64,000 bases of DNA from an uncultured Acidimicrobiia bacterium (GCA_963796115.1 CAWCKE010000007.1:100382-164381), one strand, 5' to 3'. Shown: positions 44,205-53,570, numbered from the stretch's first letter. Made by a program: numbers and translations. Notes: generated from the letters alone by a model not told the origin.

Positions 44205-44401
44205 CCGCAGAAGGAGCGTCGGCGGCCACCGAGACTGATCGGGCGCCTGGTCAAGGGCCACGAGGCCGTGGTCCACTCGGCGCGGGAGTGCCTTCCCGGC
44301 GGCAGAGGAGGCTGACGACCAGGCGAGCGATGGACCTGCGCACCCAGCGCATGCAGATCCACGAGAAGACCGCATGGATGCTCCGCAGCCTGCTCGAGTA
44401 G
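44205..44401 (+). pseudogene. dps: C-terminal remnant of a Dps (DNA-protection/mini-ferritin) gene
   Basis: Across frames LIGRLVKGHEAVVHSARE...ADD..MDL.TQRMQIHEKTAWMLRSLLE, the Dps C-terminal helix; the N-terminal ferroxidase half is absent. Confidence 0.7.
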
Positions 44402-44468
44402 GCGGATGGCCCGTGGATGGGGGCCGGGGCCCGACGCGCCGGGTCCTTGCCCCGGCACGGGTGGCCGG

Positions 44469-44489
44469 TACACTTACGTCACTGTGACG
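44469..44489 (+). promoter_or_regulatory. -10 (TACACT) plus second CGTCACTGTGACG palindrome overlapping the GTG start
   Basis: Same -10 / 2 nt / palindrome geometry as at 44117. Confidence 0.7.
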
Positions 44490-44855
44490 CAACGAACCGA
44501 GATTGCCCACTGCGCCTGGTGCGGCCGTGCCTTTGCCGTCTCGGGGGGCCTGGGCCGGCGGGCCCGCTACTGCCGCCGTAGCCACCGCCAGCGAGCGTTC
44601 GAGGCCCGGTGCCTGGCGGCCCGGATGGCGCTCGACTCGGGCGAGGCTCTGGTGGACGCCGACGCCCTGTGCCGCCTGCGGGACCGCCTGTACGTGCTGG
44701 AGAGCGCCCTCGACGATGTGGAGGGCGACCTGCGCGGCCGTGCCGGGCCGGAGGAGTACAAGCGGGCGTTCCAGCACCTGTACGCGGCGGCGGCGCAGCT
44801 GAGGGACTCCTGTGTCGAACCGCGAGCCGTGCTGTCCAAGAACGCGGCCGGCTGA
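44484..44855 (+). CDS. Small zinc-finger protein, putative DNA-binding regulator
   Basis: CAWC-x16-CRRSH metal motif with basic GRRARYC..RQRAFEAR helix and a coiled-coil C-terminus. Confidence 0.75.
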   Translation: MTQRTEIAHCAWCGRAFAVSGGLGRRARYCRRSHRQRAFEARCLAARMALDSGEALVDADALCRLRDRLYVLESALDDVEGDLRGRAGPEEYKRAFQHLYAAAAQLRDSCVEPRAVLSKNAAG

Positions 44856-44912
44856 GCGGGGCGTCCGGAGGCTCTGGTGCCCTGGTTGAGGCCTCTGCTT
44901 CGCCTGGCAGGC

Positions 44913-44940
44913 GACGCCCATAATGCACGTTATGTCAAGT
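44913..44940 (+). other. dif site (XerC/XerD chromosome dimer resolution site)
   Basis: 28-mer GACGCCCATAA-TGCACG-TTATGTCAAGT: 11-6-11 layout, ATAA/TTAT inner palindrome, actinobacterial XerD arm TTATGTCAAGT; intergenic. Confidence 0.85.
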
Positions 44941-45171
44941 TCCGCACAGACAAGGCTGCGACAGGGAGCACCGAGGGTCTTCCCGTCTGGGCGTCTGTGA
45001 CCCCTCCCCTATGGCCGGGCGGGGTCGGAGGTTGCGAGCGGGCCGATGGCGAGGCGGGGCAGTCCTCGGATGGTGTGGAGGTCGGGCGAGACAAGCCCGA
45101 GTGCGGCCGGTCGATCCAGAGACTGCCGGGTGCCCGCACAGCGGCAGGGGCCCGCCTCTCCCCCATTCGGT

Positions 45172-46095
45172 CTAGAAGGGGAAGGGGACGCCGGTGAGGG
45201 TCTCTGAGGCCTCCCACAGGCGCCTGGCGGCCTCGGGGTCGAGGGCCCGAGCGGAGAGCTTGGCGGGCACGGCGGGCCCTCTGAGCGGCCCTAGGGGCCC
45301 GTAGAGGCTTGCCCCTTCGGCGGCAGGGTCGGTGGCGGCCCGCAGGGTGGGCAGGGCACCCCCGGCGGCGTCCTGGGCGACGTGGGCATTGGCCCAGGCC
45401 CAGAAGCGCCGGAGGGGCGCCCCCAGACGCCGCTCGGGGCTCACCTGCAGGCCGGTGCCGGCGTACCCGGGATGGGCGGCCAGGCTGAGCAGCGGGGCCG
45501 CCGCTGCCCGGGCGCGCCGGTCCAGCTCGACCGCGAAGAGCAGGTTGGCCAGCTTGGACTGCGCGTAGGCCCGCCAGCGCCGGTAGCGCCTCTCCCCCTG
45601 GAGGTCGCCGAAGTCGATGCGGCCCATCAGGTAGGTGGCGCTGGTGACGGTGACCACCCTGCCCCGGGGCGCGGCGAGCAGCAGGGGAAGCAGCCGGCCG
45701 GTGAGGGCGAAGTGGCCCAGGTGATTCACCGCGAACTGGCGCTCGAACCCGTCGACGGTGAGCGCTCGGGGCACCCCCATGATCCCGGCGTTGTTGACGA
45801 GGCAGTCGAGCCGGGGCAGCCGGTCGGCGGCCCGAGTGGCGAAGGCGCTCACCGACGAGAGGTCGCCCAGGTCGAGGGGCTCGACCTCCACCGCGGCCCG
45901 GGGGATCTGGTCCCGGATGCGGGCGGCCGCCTCCTGCCCGGCCTCGGGCCGGCGGCAGGCCATGACCACCCGGGCCCCCCGGGCCGCCAGGGCCCGGCAC
46001 GTCGCGAGGCCGAGGCCCACGTTGGCACCGGTGACGACGAACACCCGCCCCTCTTGGGAGGGCACGTCCGCCTCGGTCCAGCCCCGCTCGCGCAC
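45172..46095 (-). CDS. SDR-family oxidoreductase (retinol dehydrogenase-like)
   Basis: TGANVGLG, NNAG, NHLGHF, YAQSK, HPG. Confidence 0.93.
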   Translation of the reverse strand: MRERGWTEADVPSQEGRVFVVTGANVGLGLATCRALAARGARVVMACRRPEAGQEAAARIRDQIPRAAVEVEPLDLGDLSSVSAFATRAADRLPRLDCLVNNAGIMGVPRALTVDGFERQFAVNHLGHFALTGRLLPLLLAAPRGRVVTVTSATYLMGRIDFGDLQGERRYRRWRAYAQSKLANLLFAVELDRRARAAAAPLLSLAAHPGYAGTGLQVSPERRLGAPLRRFWAWANAHVAQDAAGGALPTLRAATDPAAEGASLYGPLGPLRGPAVPAKLSARALDPEAARRLWEASETLTGVPFPF

Positions 46096-46123
46096 CGGCG
46101 GATGCTACGGCGCCGCCGGGCGC

Positions 46124-46363
46124 TCAGCCCTCGTCGGCGATCCAGCGGGCCACCTTCGAGTCGGTGCCGGCCACGCCGGGGAGGGCCACGATGGCGTCGA
46201 TCACCGCGTCCATGGAGGCGATGTCCTCTCCCCCGACGAGCGCGATCACGTCGGGGCTGCCGAACAGGGCATCGGCCCGGACCACACCGGGGAGGCTCCG
46301 GACCGTCCGGCAGGTGGCGCGGGGAGTGGCGGTGGTGATGAAGACATAGGCCTCGACTCTCAT
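46124..46363 (-). CDS. Lrp/AsnC ligand-binding (RAM) domain protein
   Basis: VEAYVFI...LPGV..ADALFGSPDVIA...I.ALPGV. Confidence 0.8.
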   Translation of the reverse strand: MRVEAYVFITTATPRATCRTVRSLPGVVRADALFGSPDVIALVGGEDIASMDAVIDAIVALPGVAGTDSKVARWIADEG

Positions 46364-46436
46364 GGCGGCGACTGTACCCGGGTCCCGGTGCCGGGTTGTC
46401 CCTACGTCCCTCTCCCCCACCGGGTCGCTCGAGGCC

Positions 46437-48068
46437 TCACGGCCTCGTCTCGGGCACCAGCACGTCGGGGTCGAGCGTGGAGCGCCGGAAGATCCCCAGG
46501 GCGCCGCGCAGTCCCACGGTCATCAAGATGTTGTACAGGAACGCGGCGAACGCCGCCAGCAGGAGCGCGCCGCAGATGCCGGCCAGGATCATGAAGGGCA
46601 GGTACTCGCCGTCGAAGTAGATGGTGCGGCGCAGCATCCCCTTCAGCCCGGCCATCCCCATGAACGCCCCCATGCCGACCCCGCCCACCAGGTGCGCCCA
46701 GAAGTGGAAGGTGGCCAGCTTCTGGCTGTACAGCTTGGCCCCGTTGGTGAGGATGGGCAGCAGCTTGTAGATGGCCGCGTAGAGGGTCATGGTCAGCCCG
46801 ACCAGGATGGCCACGTGGACGTGGGGGCCCACCACCCACTGGGTGTTGTGCAGGATGCGGTTCAGCCCGAGGTCGGCCTGGATGATGCCGGCCGGCACCG
46901 CCAGCGCGAAGCCCAGGAGCCCGCCGAGGAGGAACTTGAGCTCGTTGGTCATCTTCAGCGGGCGGGCGCTCCACAGGGTGGCGAGGGTGATGAAGAAGGC
47001 CAGGCCCTGGGTGATCAACTCGAAGGCGGTGACCGCCTCGCCCGAGAGGATCTTCAGGATCTCCGGCTGGGCCTGGTCCGAGAGCAGATGGTGCGACCAG
47101 ACGGTCCAGGAGACCACCAGTTCCAGCAGCAGGGCGGCCCGGGCGATGTTCTGCATGAACAACGGCTTGCCGGTGATCAGCATCGCCATCAGGTACCAGG
47201 TGCCCGCCACGAAGATGAGCACCATGCCGTCGGCGATCAGGTCGAGGCCCCACCAGAACCAGTTCTTGTAGAGCAGGGCGTCGATGGCGCTGTGCTCGAG
47301 GCTGACGCCGGCGAGCTTGGCGACCATGTAGACCAGGATCAGCACCCCGGTGAAGAGGATCACCGCCGCGTTGAGGGCGGTATCCACCGAACCCCGGGCG
47401 ATGGCGGCCACCGGCAGGGGGACCAGGTGCTCCTTGCGCCGCTCGGGCCGCCGGAAGAGGTTGGCGAGGCCGGTGAATCCCAGGGCCGAGGCGAGCAGGG
47501 CCCTGCCCGGCTGGCGCTCCTCCCCGGCCGGGGTGTAGGTGATGGTCTTGAACACGTTGACCACGAAGAGGGCGGTCCCCACCATGACCAGGGCGATGCC
47601 GGCGATGAAGATCGCCCCCGAGAGCGGGTGGAACTGCTCGAAGTCGGCGGGGAGAGGCCAGTAGAGGGTGTACAGCGGGGCGTAGTGGGAGATGAACCCG
47701 TCGAGCCAGAAGGTCATCGTCCCGCCGGCGATCAACCAGAGGGTCCAATTGGCCAGCCGCCAACTCCACAACGGCTTCTTCATCAGGAAGGGGACGAGGA
47801 ACAGGAAGGCGCCGAAGACCAGCAGGTACGAAGAGCCGAATATCCCCACGAGTGGATGGGCGGTGAGGATGCCGAAGTACTGCTTGGGCGAGAAGAGCGA
47901 GATCGGCTCGATCTGGTAGATCCGCATGATCATGCCCTCTATGGCCGCGAAGCCGTAGAACACCAGGCCCACCACCACGTAGCGCAGCGTGAGCTTCTGC
48001 ATGGGCGTGAGCGTGTGCGGCCGGAAGGAGCCCTCGTGGCCGTCGAGCAGGGTCTGGGTGAAGGTCAT
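46437..48068 (-). CDS. Heme-copper oxidase superfamily subunit I, atypical active site (gNOR-like); start may be 48100 with a frameshift
   Basis: TAHP heme ligand, YTLYWPL, WSHH, HVH; the HPxVY motif is replaced by DGMVL. Confidence 0.85.
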   Translation of the reverse strand: MTFTQTLLDGHEGSFRPHTLTPMQKLTLRYVVVGLVFYGFAAIEGMIMRIYQIEPISLFSPKQYFGILTAHPLVGIFGSSYLLVFGAFLFLVPFLMKKPLWSWRLANWTLWLIAGGTMTFWLDGFISHYAPLYTLYWPLPADFEQFHPLSGAIFIAGIALVMVGTALFVVNVFKTITYTPAGEERQPGRALLASALGFTGLANLFRRPERRKEHLVPLPVAAIARGSVDTALNAAVILFTGVLILVYMVAKLAGVSLEHSAIDALLYKNWFWWGLDLIADGMVLIFVAGTWYLMAMLITGKPLFMQNIARAALLLELVVSWTVWSHHLLSDQAQPEILKILSGEAVTAFELITQGLAFFITLATLWSARPLKMTNELKFLLGGLLGFALAVPAGIIQADLGLNRILHNTQWVVGPHVHVAILVGLTMTLYAAIYKLLPILTNGAKLYSQKLATFHFWAHLVGGVGMGAFMGMAGLKGMLRRTIYFDGEYLPFMILAGICGALLLAAFAAFLYNILMTVGLRGALGIFRRSTLDPDVLVPETRP

Positions 48069-48096
48069 GGCCGGGAGCCTCTGCACTGCCGGTCGG

Positions 48097-48663
48097 TCAT
48101 GACGCCTCCGCCGGGCAGCCGGTGACCTCGACCGCGCCGGGCACGATCATGTGGTACCCCCTGGGGCCGGAGTACTCGGTGGAGCGGATGGTGTAGACGC
48201 CGTTGCGCTGGAACTCCCACAGGACGTCGTTGGTGTGCCCGGGGAGCACCTGCATCTGGAACAGCATCGAGTCGTCGGCCCGGAACAAGCCGAATCCGTA
48301 AGTCAGGTCGTGCGAGGTGACCTCGAAGAGCACCTTGTCGTGGCAGTCGATCTGCAGGGGGAGCTCGGGCAGCAGGAACTCGTGGTTCTCGACCTCGATG
48401 AGGAAGGTCTTGTCGGCCTCGATGCTGTCCCGATGCACGTCGGTGGGGCTCCAGGGGATGGTGTTGTAGGAGACGATGTGCAGGCTGACTCCGCAGACCA
48501 CCAGCAGGGCGAAGAAGGTCCAGAAGAGAGCCGGGGGCACTCCCCCGCCGGCCCTGGTCCGGGTCACGCGGTAGGAGAACCACCCCACCAGGAGCATCGC
48601 CCCGATCACGTAGCAGGTGTAGGCGATGGCCTGGCCCCAGAGGACGGTGCCGGAATCGACCAC
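48097..48663 (-). CDS. Heme-copper oxidase subunit II-like cupredoxin lacking CuA ligands
   Basis: Two TM helices, then VTSHDLTYGF...MQVLPG...GVYTIRSTEYSGPRGYHM; GGAGAGG RBS. Confidence 0.82.
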   Translation of the reverse strand: MVDSGTVLWGQAIAYTCYVIGAMLLVGWFSYRVTRTRAGGGVPPALFWTFFALLVVCGVSLHIVSYNTIPWSPTDVHRDSIEADKTFLIEVENHEFLLPELPLQIDCHDKVLFEVTSHDLTYGFGLFRADDSMLFQMQVLPGHTNDVLWEFQRNGVYTIRSTEYSGPRGYHMIVPGAVEVTGCPAEAS

Positions 48664-48820
48664 TGCCGGTTCCTCTCCGTGCGAGCGGTGAGCGGCCACG
48701 CAGGCCCGCTCCGGACTCGGCGAGAATCTAGGCGATCGCTGACCGGCTCGCCACTGGGGCACGGGGGGGCCGCCGGGCGCCTGCTCCCGGGGGAATGTGG
48801 CACCCGATAGGCTCGTGGGC

Positions 48821-49315
48821 ATGGAGGTCCGTCCCGCCGAGGAGGGCGACCGCCCCTGGGTGGCCGAGTTGTGCCGCCGCCACTTCGGGGCGGAAGTCGT
48901 CGCCGTCCTCGGGCGCCTGCACCGCCCCGCCCTGCTGCCGTGCCTGGTGGCCTGGGCGAGGGGGGAACGGGTGGGGGCCCTCTCCTTCTGTGAGGACGAG
49001 CACGGAGCCGAGGTGGTGCTGCTGGCCGCCGACTCGCCGGGACGGGGCGCCGGCGGTGCCCTGCTCGGGGCGCTCGAGGAATTGGGCCGTCGGCGGGGCT
49101 GGGAGCGGCTGTGGCTGGTGGTCACCAACGACAACACGCCGGCCCTGCGCCTCTACCAGCGCCGGGGCTGGGACGTGGCGGCGCTCCACGCCGGGGCGGT
49201 GGAGCGCGACCGGCTGCTGAAGCCGGAGATCCCGCTGCACGGGGTGGACGGCATCCCCGTCCGGCACCTCCTCGAACTGCGGCGCACGCTGGACGCGGGC
49301 GGGCCGGAGCGCTGA
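48821..49315 (+). CDS. GNAT-family N-acetyltransferase
   Basis: PGRGAGGALL, LWLVVTNDN..ALRLYQRRGW. Confidence 0.88.
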   Translation: MEVRPAEEGDRPWVAELCRRHFGAEVVAVLGRLHRPALLPCLVAWARGERVGALSFCEDEHGAEVVLLAADSPGRGAGGALLGALEELGRRRGWERLWLVVTNDNTPALRLYQRRGWDVAALHAGAVERDRLLKPEIPLHGVDGIPVRHLLELRRTLDAGGPER

Positions 49316-49791
49316 TGTCGGCGACCCCGGCCACCGCGGCGCTGCAACGGGCGGGAGTGGCCTTCACCCCGCACGAGTACGGCCCGGTCGAAGAAGCCGA
49401 GGGGACGTACGGGGAAGCGATCGCCGCCGTCCTGGGGGTGGACCCGCCGCGCGTCTTCAAGACGCTGGTGGCGGTGGCCGACGGGCAGCCGGTGGTCGCG
49501 GTGGTGCCGGTGAGCGGGCTCCTGTCGATGAAGGCACTGGCCCGGGCCCGGGGAGCCAAACGTGCCGAGATGGCCGCCCCGGCCGACGCGGAACGGCTCA
49601 CCGGCTACGTGATCGGGGGCATCAGCCCGTTCGGGCAGAAGCGGCGCCTCCCGGTCGTGGTGGACCGGACCCTGCTGAGCCACGCCACCGTGTTCGTGAG
49701 CGGCGGGCGGCGCGGCCTGCAGGTGGAGGTCGCCCCGGGCGACCTGCTGGCACTCCTGGGTGCGGCCACCGCGGACCTGCTCTCCGGCTAG
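49315..49791 (+). CDS. ybaK: Cys-tRNA(Pro) deacylase
   Basis: TPAT, VFKTL, TGYVIGGISPFGQK, VSGGRRG. Confidence 0.92.
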   Translation: MSATPATAALQRAGVAFTPHEYGPVEEAEGTYGEAIAAVLGVDPPRVFKTLVAVADGQPVVAVVPVSGLLSMKALARARGAKRAEMAAPADAERLTGYVIGGISPFGQKRRLPVVVDRTLLSHATVFVSGGRRGLQVEVAPGDLLALLGAATADLLSG

Positions 49792-49842
49792 GTGCCCCCG
49801 CTCGGTAACCTGCTCACAGATCGAGCGGCGGGAGCCTGCGCC

Positions 49843-52539
49843 ATGATCATCGACGGGTTCGTCCATCAACTGCCCGACGCCGACCCCGAGGAGACCGGGG
49901 AATGGCTCGACGCGCTCGCCCAGATCATCGACGAGGGCGGCGAGGGGCGTGCCCGCTTCCTCATGGCCCGGCTCATCGAGTACGCCCGCTCTCGCAACAT
50001 CGGGGTGCCGGCCTCGGTGAGCACCCCCTACATCAACACCATCCCTCCCGAGCAGGAGGCCTGGTTCCCCGGGGACGAGAAGCTGGAGCAGCGCATCCGC
50101 CGCATCATCCGCTGGAACGCGGCCGTCATGGTGGTCCGGGCCAACAAGGCGGCCGAGGCCATCGGCGGGCATCTCTCCACGTTCGCCTCCTCGGCCACCC
50201 TCTATGAGGTGGGCTTCAACCACTTCTTCCGGGGCAAGGAGGACGGGCGCCCCGGGGACCACGTGTACATCCAGGGGCACGCCGCCCCCGGCATCTACGC
50301 CCGGGCCTTCCTCGAGCACCGGCTCGAGGAAGCGCAGCTGGACCGGTTCCGCCGGGAGATCGGCGGCGGCGGGCTCCCCTCGTACCCCCATCCCCGGCTC
50401 ATGCCCTGGTTCTGGGAGTATCCGACGGTGTCGATGGGGCTCGGTCCCATCAACTCCATCTACCAGGCCCGCTTCAACCGCTACCTGCACCACCGGCGCC
50501 TCGACGACACGGCCGACTCCCGGGTGTGGTGCTTCCTGGGCGACGGCGAGGTGGACGAGCCGGAGACGCTCGGGTCCATCTCCCTCGCCGCTCGCGAGCG
50601 CCTGGACAACCTGATCTGGGTGGTCAACTGCAACCTGCAGCGCCTCGACGGTCCCGTGCGGGGCAACGGGAAGATCATCCAGGAGCTGGAGGCGCTCTTC
50701 CGCGGCGCCGGCTGGCACGTGATCAAGGTCATCTGGGGGGCCAACTGGGACCCCCTGCTCGCCCGGGACGCCGACGGCGTGCTGCTGGAGAAGATGAACC
50801 GCACAGTGGACGGGGAGTACCAGCGCTTCAAGGCGGAGAACGGGGCCTACGTGCGGGAGCACTTCTTCGGCCCGGACCCGCGGCTGCGCCGCATGGTCGC
50901 CCACATGACCGACGACGAGATCTGGGCGCTGCGGCGCGGCGGCCACGACTACCGGAAGGTGTACGCCGCCTACCGGGCGGCAGTGGAGCTGCGGGGCGCA
51001 CCGGTGGTGATCCTCACCAAGACCATCAAGGGCTGGGCGCTGGGCCCCGACGTGGAGGGCCGCAACGCCACCCATCAGATCAAGAAGCTGAGCAACGACC
51101 AGCTCATGGTCTTGCGGGACCGCCTCGAGCTGCACGCTGAGGTCCCCGACGAGGCCCTGGCCGAGGGCCGCCCGCCCCCCTACTACCGGCCGCCGCTGGA
51201 TTCCCCGGAGGTGCAGTACCTGCTGGCGCAGCGCCGCGCCCTCGATGGCCCGCTCCCCAGCCGGCCGGTGGCCCTGCGCCGGCCCCTCACCCTGCCCGGC
51301 CACGGGCCGTTCGCCGAGTTCGACGCGGGCTCGGGGAGCCAGGAGGCGTCTACCACCATGGCGTTCACCCGCCTGGTGCGCAACCTGGCCCGGGACGAGG
51401 CCTTCGGGCCCCGGGTGGTGCCCATCGTCCCCGACGAGGGCCGCACCTTCGGCATGGACGCGCTGTTCAAGGAGCTGCGCATCTACGCCTCGGAGGGCCA
51501 GCTGTACGAACCGGTGGACCACCACCTGCTGCTCTCCTACAAGGAGTCGAAGGACGGTCAGATCCTCGAGGAGGGCATCACCGAGGCCGGGTCGATGGCG
51601 TCCTGGATCGCCGCCGCCACCGCTTACGCCACCCGCGGCGTGCCCATGGTCCCCTTCTTCACGTTCTATTCGATGTTCGGTTTCCAGCGGATCGGCGACC
51701 TGATCTGGCTGGCCGGGGACGCCCGAGCGCGCGGCTTCCTGCTCGGGGCTACCGCCGGGCGCACCACCCTGCTCGGGGAGGGCCTGCAGCACCAGGACGG
51801 CCACAGCCAGCTGCTCGCCTCCGTGGTGCCTGCGTGCCGGGCCTACGACCCCGCCTTCGCGTATGAGATGGCGACCATCGTGGAGCACGGCCTGCACCAG
51901 ATGTACGGAGGCGAAGGAGAGGACGTCTTCTACTACCTCACCCTCTACAACGAGAACTACGCCATGCCTCCCAAGCCGCCGGGGGTGGAGCAGGGCATCC
52001 TGGACGGGCTCTACCGATGGGCCCCGTCTCCCGAGGGGCTGGCCCACCGGGTGGCGATCCTGTTCTCGGGTCCTGCGCACCGCGCCGCGCGGCAGGCCCA
52101 ATCGGACCTGGCCGAGCACTACGGGGTGGGGGCCGAGCTGTGGAGCGCGACCTCCTACAAGGCACTGCGCGAGGAGGCGCTGTCGGTGGAGAGGTGGAAC
52201 CGGCTCCACCCGGGCGCGCCCCGGCGCGAGCCGTTCATCACACGGTCGCTCGCCGGCGTCGGCGGCCCCGTGGTGGCGGTCACCGACTACCTGAAGATGG
52301 TCCCGGACCAGGTGGCCCGCTGGGTCCCGGGATCCTTCGTGCCGCTGGGCACGGACGGCTACGGGCGCAGCGACACCCGGCAGGCCCTGCGCCGCTTCTT
52401 CGAGGTGGACGCCGGGCACGTGGTGGTGGCGGTGCTGTCCGCTCTGGCGGCCGAGGGGAAGGTGGAGCCGGCCCGGGTGGCCGACGCCCTCGCCCGCTAC
52501 GGCATCGACCCGGAGCTGCCCGACCCCATCCTGGCCTGA
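49843..52539 (+). CDS. aceE: Pyruvate dehydrogenase E1, homodimeric type
   Basis: DPEETGEW, GGHLSTFAS, YPHP, PTVSMGLGP, GDGE.DEPE, NLQRLDGPV, EGLQHQDG, LGTDGYGRSD. Confidence 0.97.
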   Translation: MIIDGFVHQLPDADPEETGEWLDALAQIIDEGGEGRARFLMARLIEYARSRNIGVPASVSTPYINTIPPEQEAWFPGDEKLEQRIRRIIRWNAAVMVVRANKAAEAIGGHLSTFASSATLYEVGFNHFFRGKEDGRPGDHVYIQGHAAPGIYARAFLEHRLEEAQLDRFRREIGGGGLPSYPHPRLMPWFWEYPTVSMGLGPINSIYQARFNRYLHHRRLDDTADSRVWCFLGDGEVDEPETLGSISLAARERLDNLIWVVNCNLQRLDGPVRGNGKIIQELEALFRGAGWHVIKVIWGANWDPLLARDADGVLLEKMNRTVDGEYQRFKAENGAYVREHFFGPDPRLRRMVAHMTDDEIWALRRGGHDYRKVYAAYRAAVELRGAPVVILTKTIKGWALGPDVEGRNATHQIKKLSNDQLMVLRDRLELHAEVPDEALAEGRPPPYYRPPLDSPEVQYLLAQRRALDGPLPSRPVALRRPLTLPGHGPFAEFDAGSGSQEASTTMAFTRLVRNLARDEAFGPRVVPIVPDEGRTFGMDALFKELRIYASEGQLYEPVDHHLLLSYKESKDGQILEEGITEAGSMASWIAAATAYATRGVPMVPFFTFYSMFGFQRIGDLIWLAGDARARGFLLGATAGRTTLLGEGLQHQDGHSQLLASVVPACRAYDPAFAYEMATIVEHGLHQMYGGEGEDVFYYLTLYNENYAMPPKPPGVEQGILDGLYRWAPSPEGLAHRVAILFSGPAHRAARQAQSDLAEHYGVGAELWSATSYKALREEALSVERWNRLHPGAPRREPFITRSLAGVGGPVVAVTDYLKMVPDQVARWVPGSFVPLGTDGYGRSDTRQALRRFFEVDAGHVVVAVLSALAAEGKVEPARVADALARYGIDPELPDPILA

Positions 52540-52554
52540 GTCGCGAGCCGGGGT

Positions 52555-53484
52555 TCAGGAGCCGTCCCACCCGGCGAGGCGGGCCGACAGCCACCACAGC
52601 GCCCGGCCCTTCAGGACACAGTTGAAGGGGTGCGAGTGGGCGCAGTCGGGCGGAAGCCCGGTGCAATCGCCCGGGTGGGCCCCGCACCAGTTGCCGCACC
52701 AGGGGCAGGAGTCGTCGGTGTCGGGGTAGTGGGTGCCGGCCGGGTCCCACGACTCGATGTCGGCGAAGTCGTAGAGGGGTGCACGGTGCTCGGCGGCGTA
52801 GGCGCGGATCAGCCCGTTGTTGGCTTCCAGGGCGGCGCTGCCCCCGTCGGTGTGGCCGGTCATGTAGACGAAGACGACGTCGGGGTAGTCGGCCTCGAGC
52901 CGGGCCATGGCGGCGAGGTAGGCGGCGACGTCGGTGCTCTCGTCGGAGAGCTCGCTGCACCAGGACCACAGGAAGGCATTCGCCCCGGGGGCATCGGCGA
53001 GCAGGGCGGCGGCCGTGTCGTAGAAGGCGGCGGCGTCCCAGGGCCAGCCATCGTCGTAGGCCATCCGCAACGGGGCCGGGCCTGTCGAAGGCGCGGGTAC
53101 CGCGTGCCACTCCTTGGCGAAGGGCAGATCGGACGCGATGGCTTCCGCCCCCGCCCAGAGCTGGGTGCCGTGAGAGGTGGAGCCGTAGGCCCACACGACG
53201 GTCTCTCGCGCCCGCTCCAGCCACTCGGCGGGGACCAGGCCGAGGTCGGTGGTGGTGTGGTCGACGACGATGACGGGCGAGACCGGCAGGCTGGTAGTCG
53301 TCGTTGGGATGGAGGTGGTTGGGGTGGGCTGAGTGGTCGAGGGCGGCGGCTCGGTCGAAGTGGACGCCTGGGTGCTGTTCAGGGCGGCACTGCTGGTGGG
53401 TGCCGCTGACCCCTCGCTCTCTCCGCCGCTGCTGCAGGCCGCGAGCAAGACGGCCATCGTCCAGGCGAGCCACGCCCTCCGCAT
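52555..53484 (-). CDS. Hypothetical lipoprotein with Ser/Thr linker and a putative SGNH-like alpha/beta domain
   Basis: LLAAC lipobox; TSHG.Q, WSWC, YMTGH, DFADIE, CAHSH motifs. Confidence 0.7.
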   Translation of the reverse strand: MRRAWLAWTMAVLLAACSSGGESEGSAAPTSSAALNSTQASTSTEPPPSTTQPTPTTSIPTTTTSLPVSPVIVVDHTTTDLGLVPAEWLERARETVVWAYGSTSHGTQLWAGAEAIASDLPFAKEWHAVPAPSTGPAPLRMAYDDGWPWDAAAFYDTAAALLADAPGANAFLWSWCSELSDESTDVAAYLAAMARLEADYPDVVFVYMTGHTDGGSAALEANNGLIRAYAAEHRAPLYDFADIESWDPAGTHYPDTDDSCPWCGNWCGAHPGDCTGLPPDCAHSHPFNCVLKGRALWWLSARLAGWDGS

Positions 53485-53570
53485 CTTCCCTGCCCGGTCG
53501 CTGCCGGGGAGTATGCCAGCCGGTCGGGTCAGCGGCCTCCTTTCGCCACGGGCCTCCTAGATTCCGGGTG

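Noticed and set aside
49153-52419. 1088-aa minus-strand ORF (also 13996-16560 +, 46362-48125 +, 7759-9552 -)
   Set aside because: Antisense shadows of real high-GC genes (aceE, PBP, oxidase, pheS) with no recognisable motifs.
49843-52539. aceE without adjacent E2/E3 genes
   Set aside because: A stand-alone aceE is normal in Actinomycetota.
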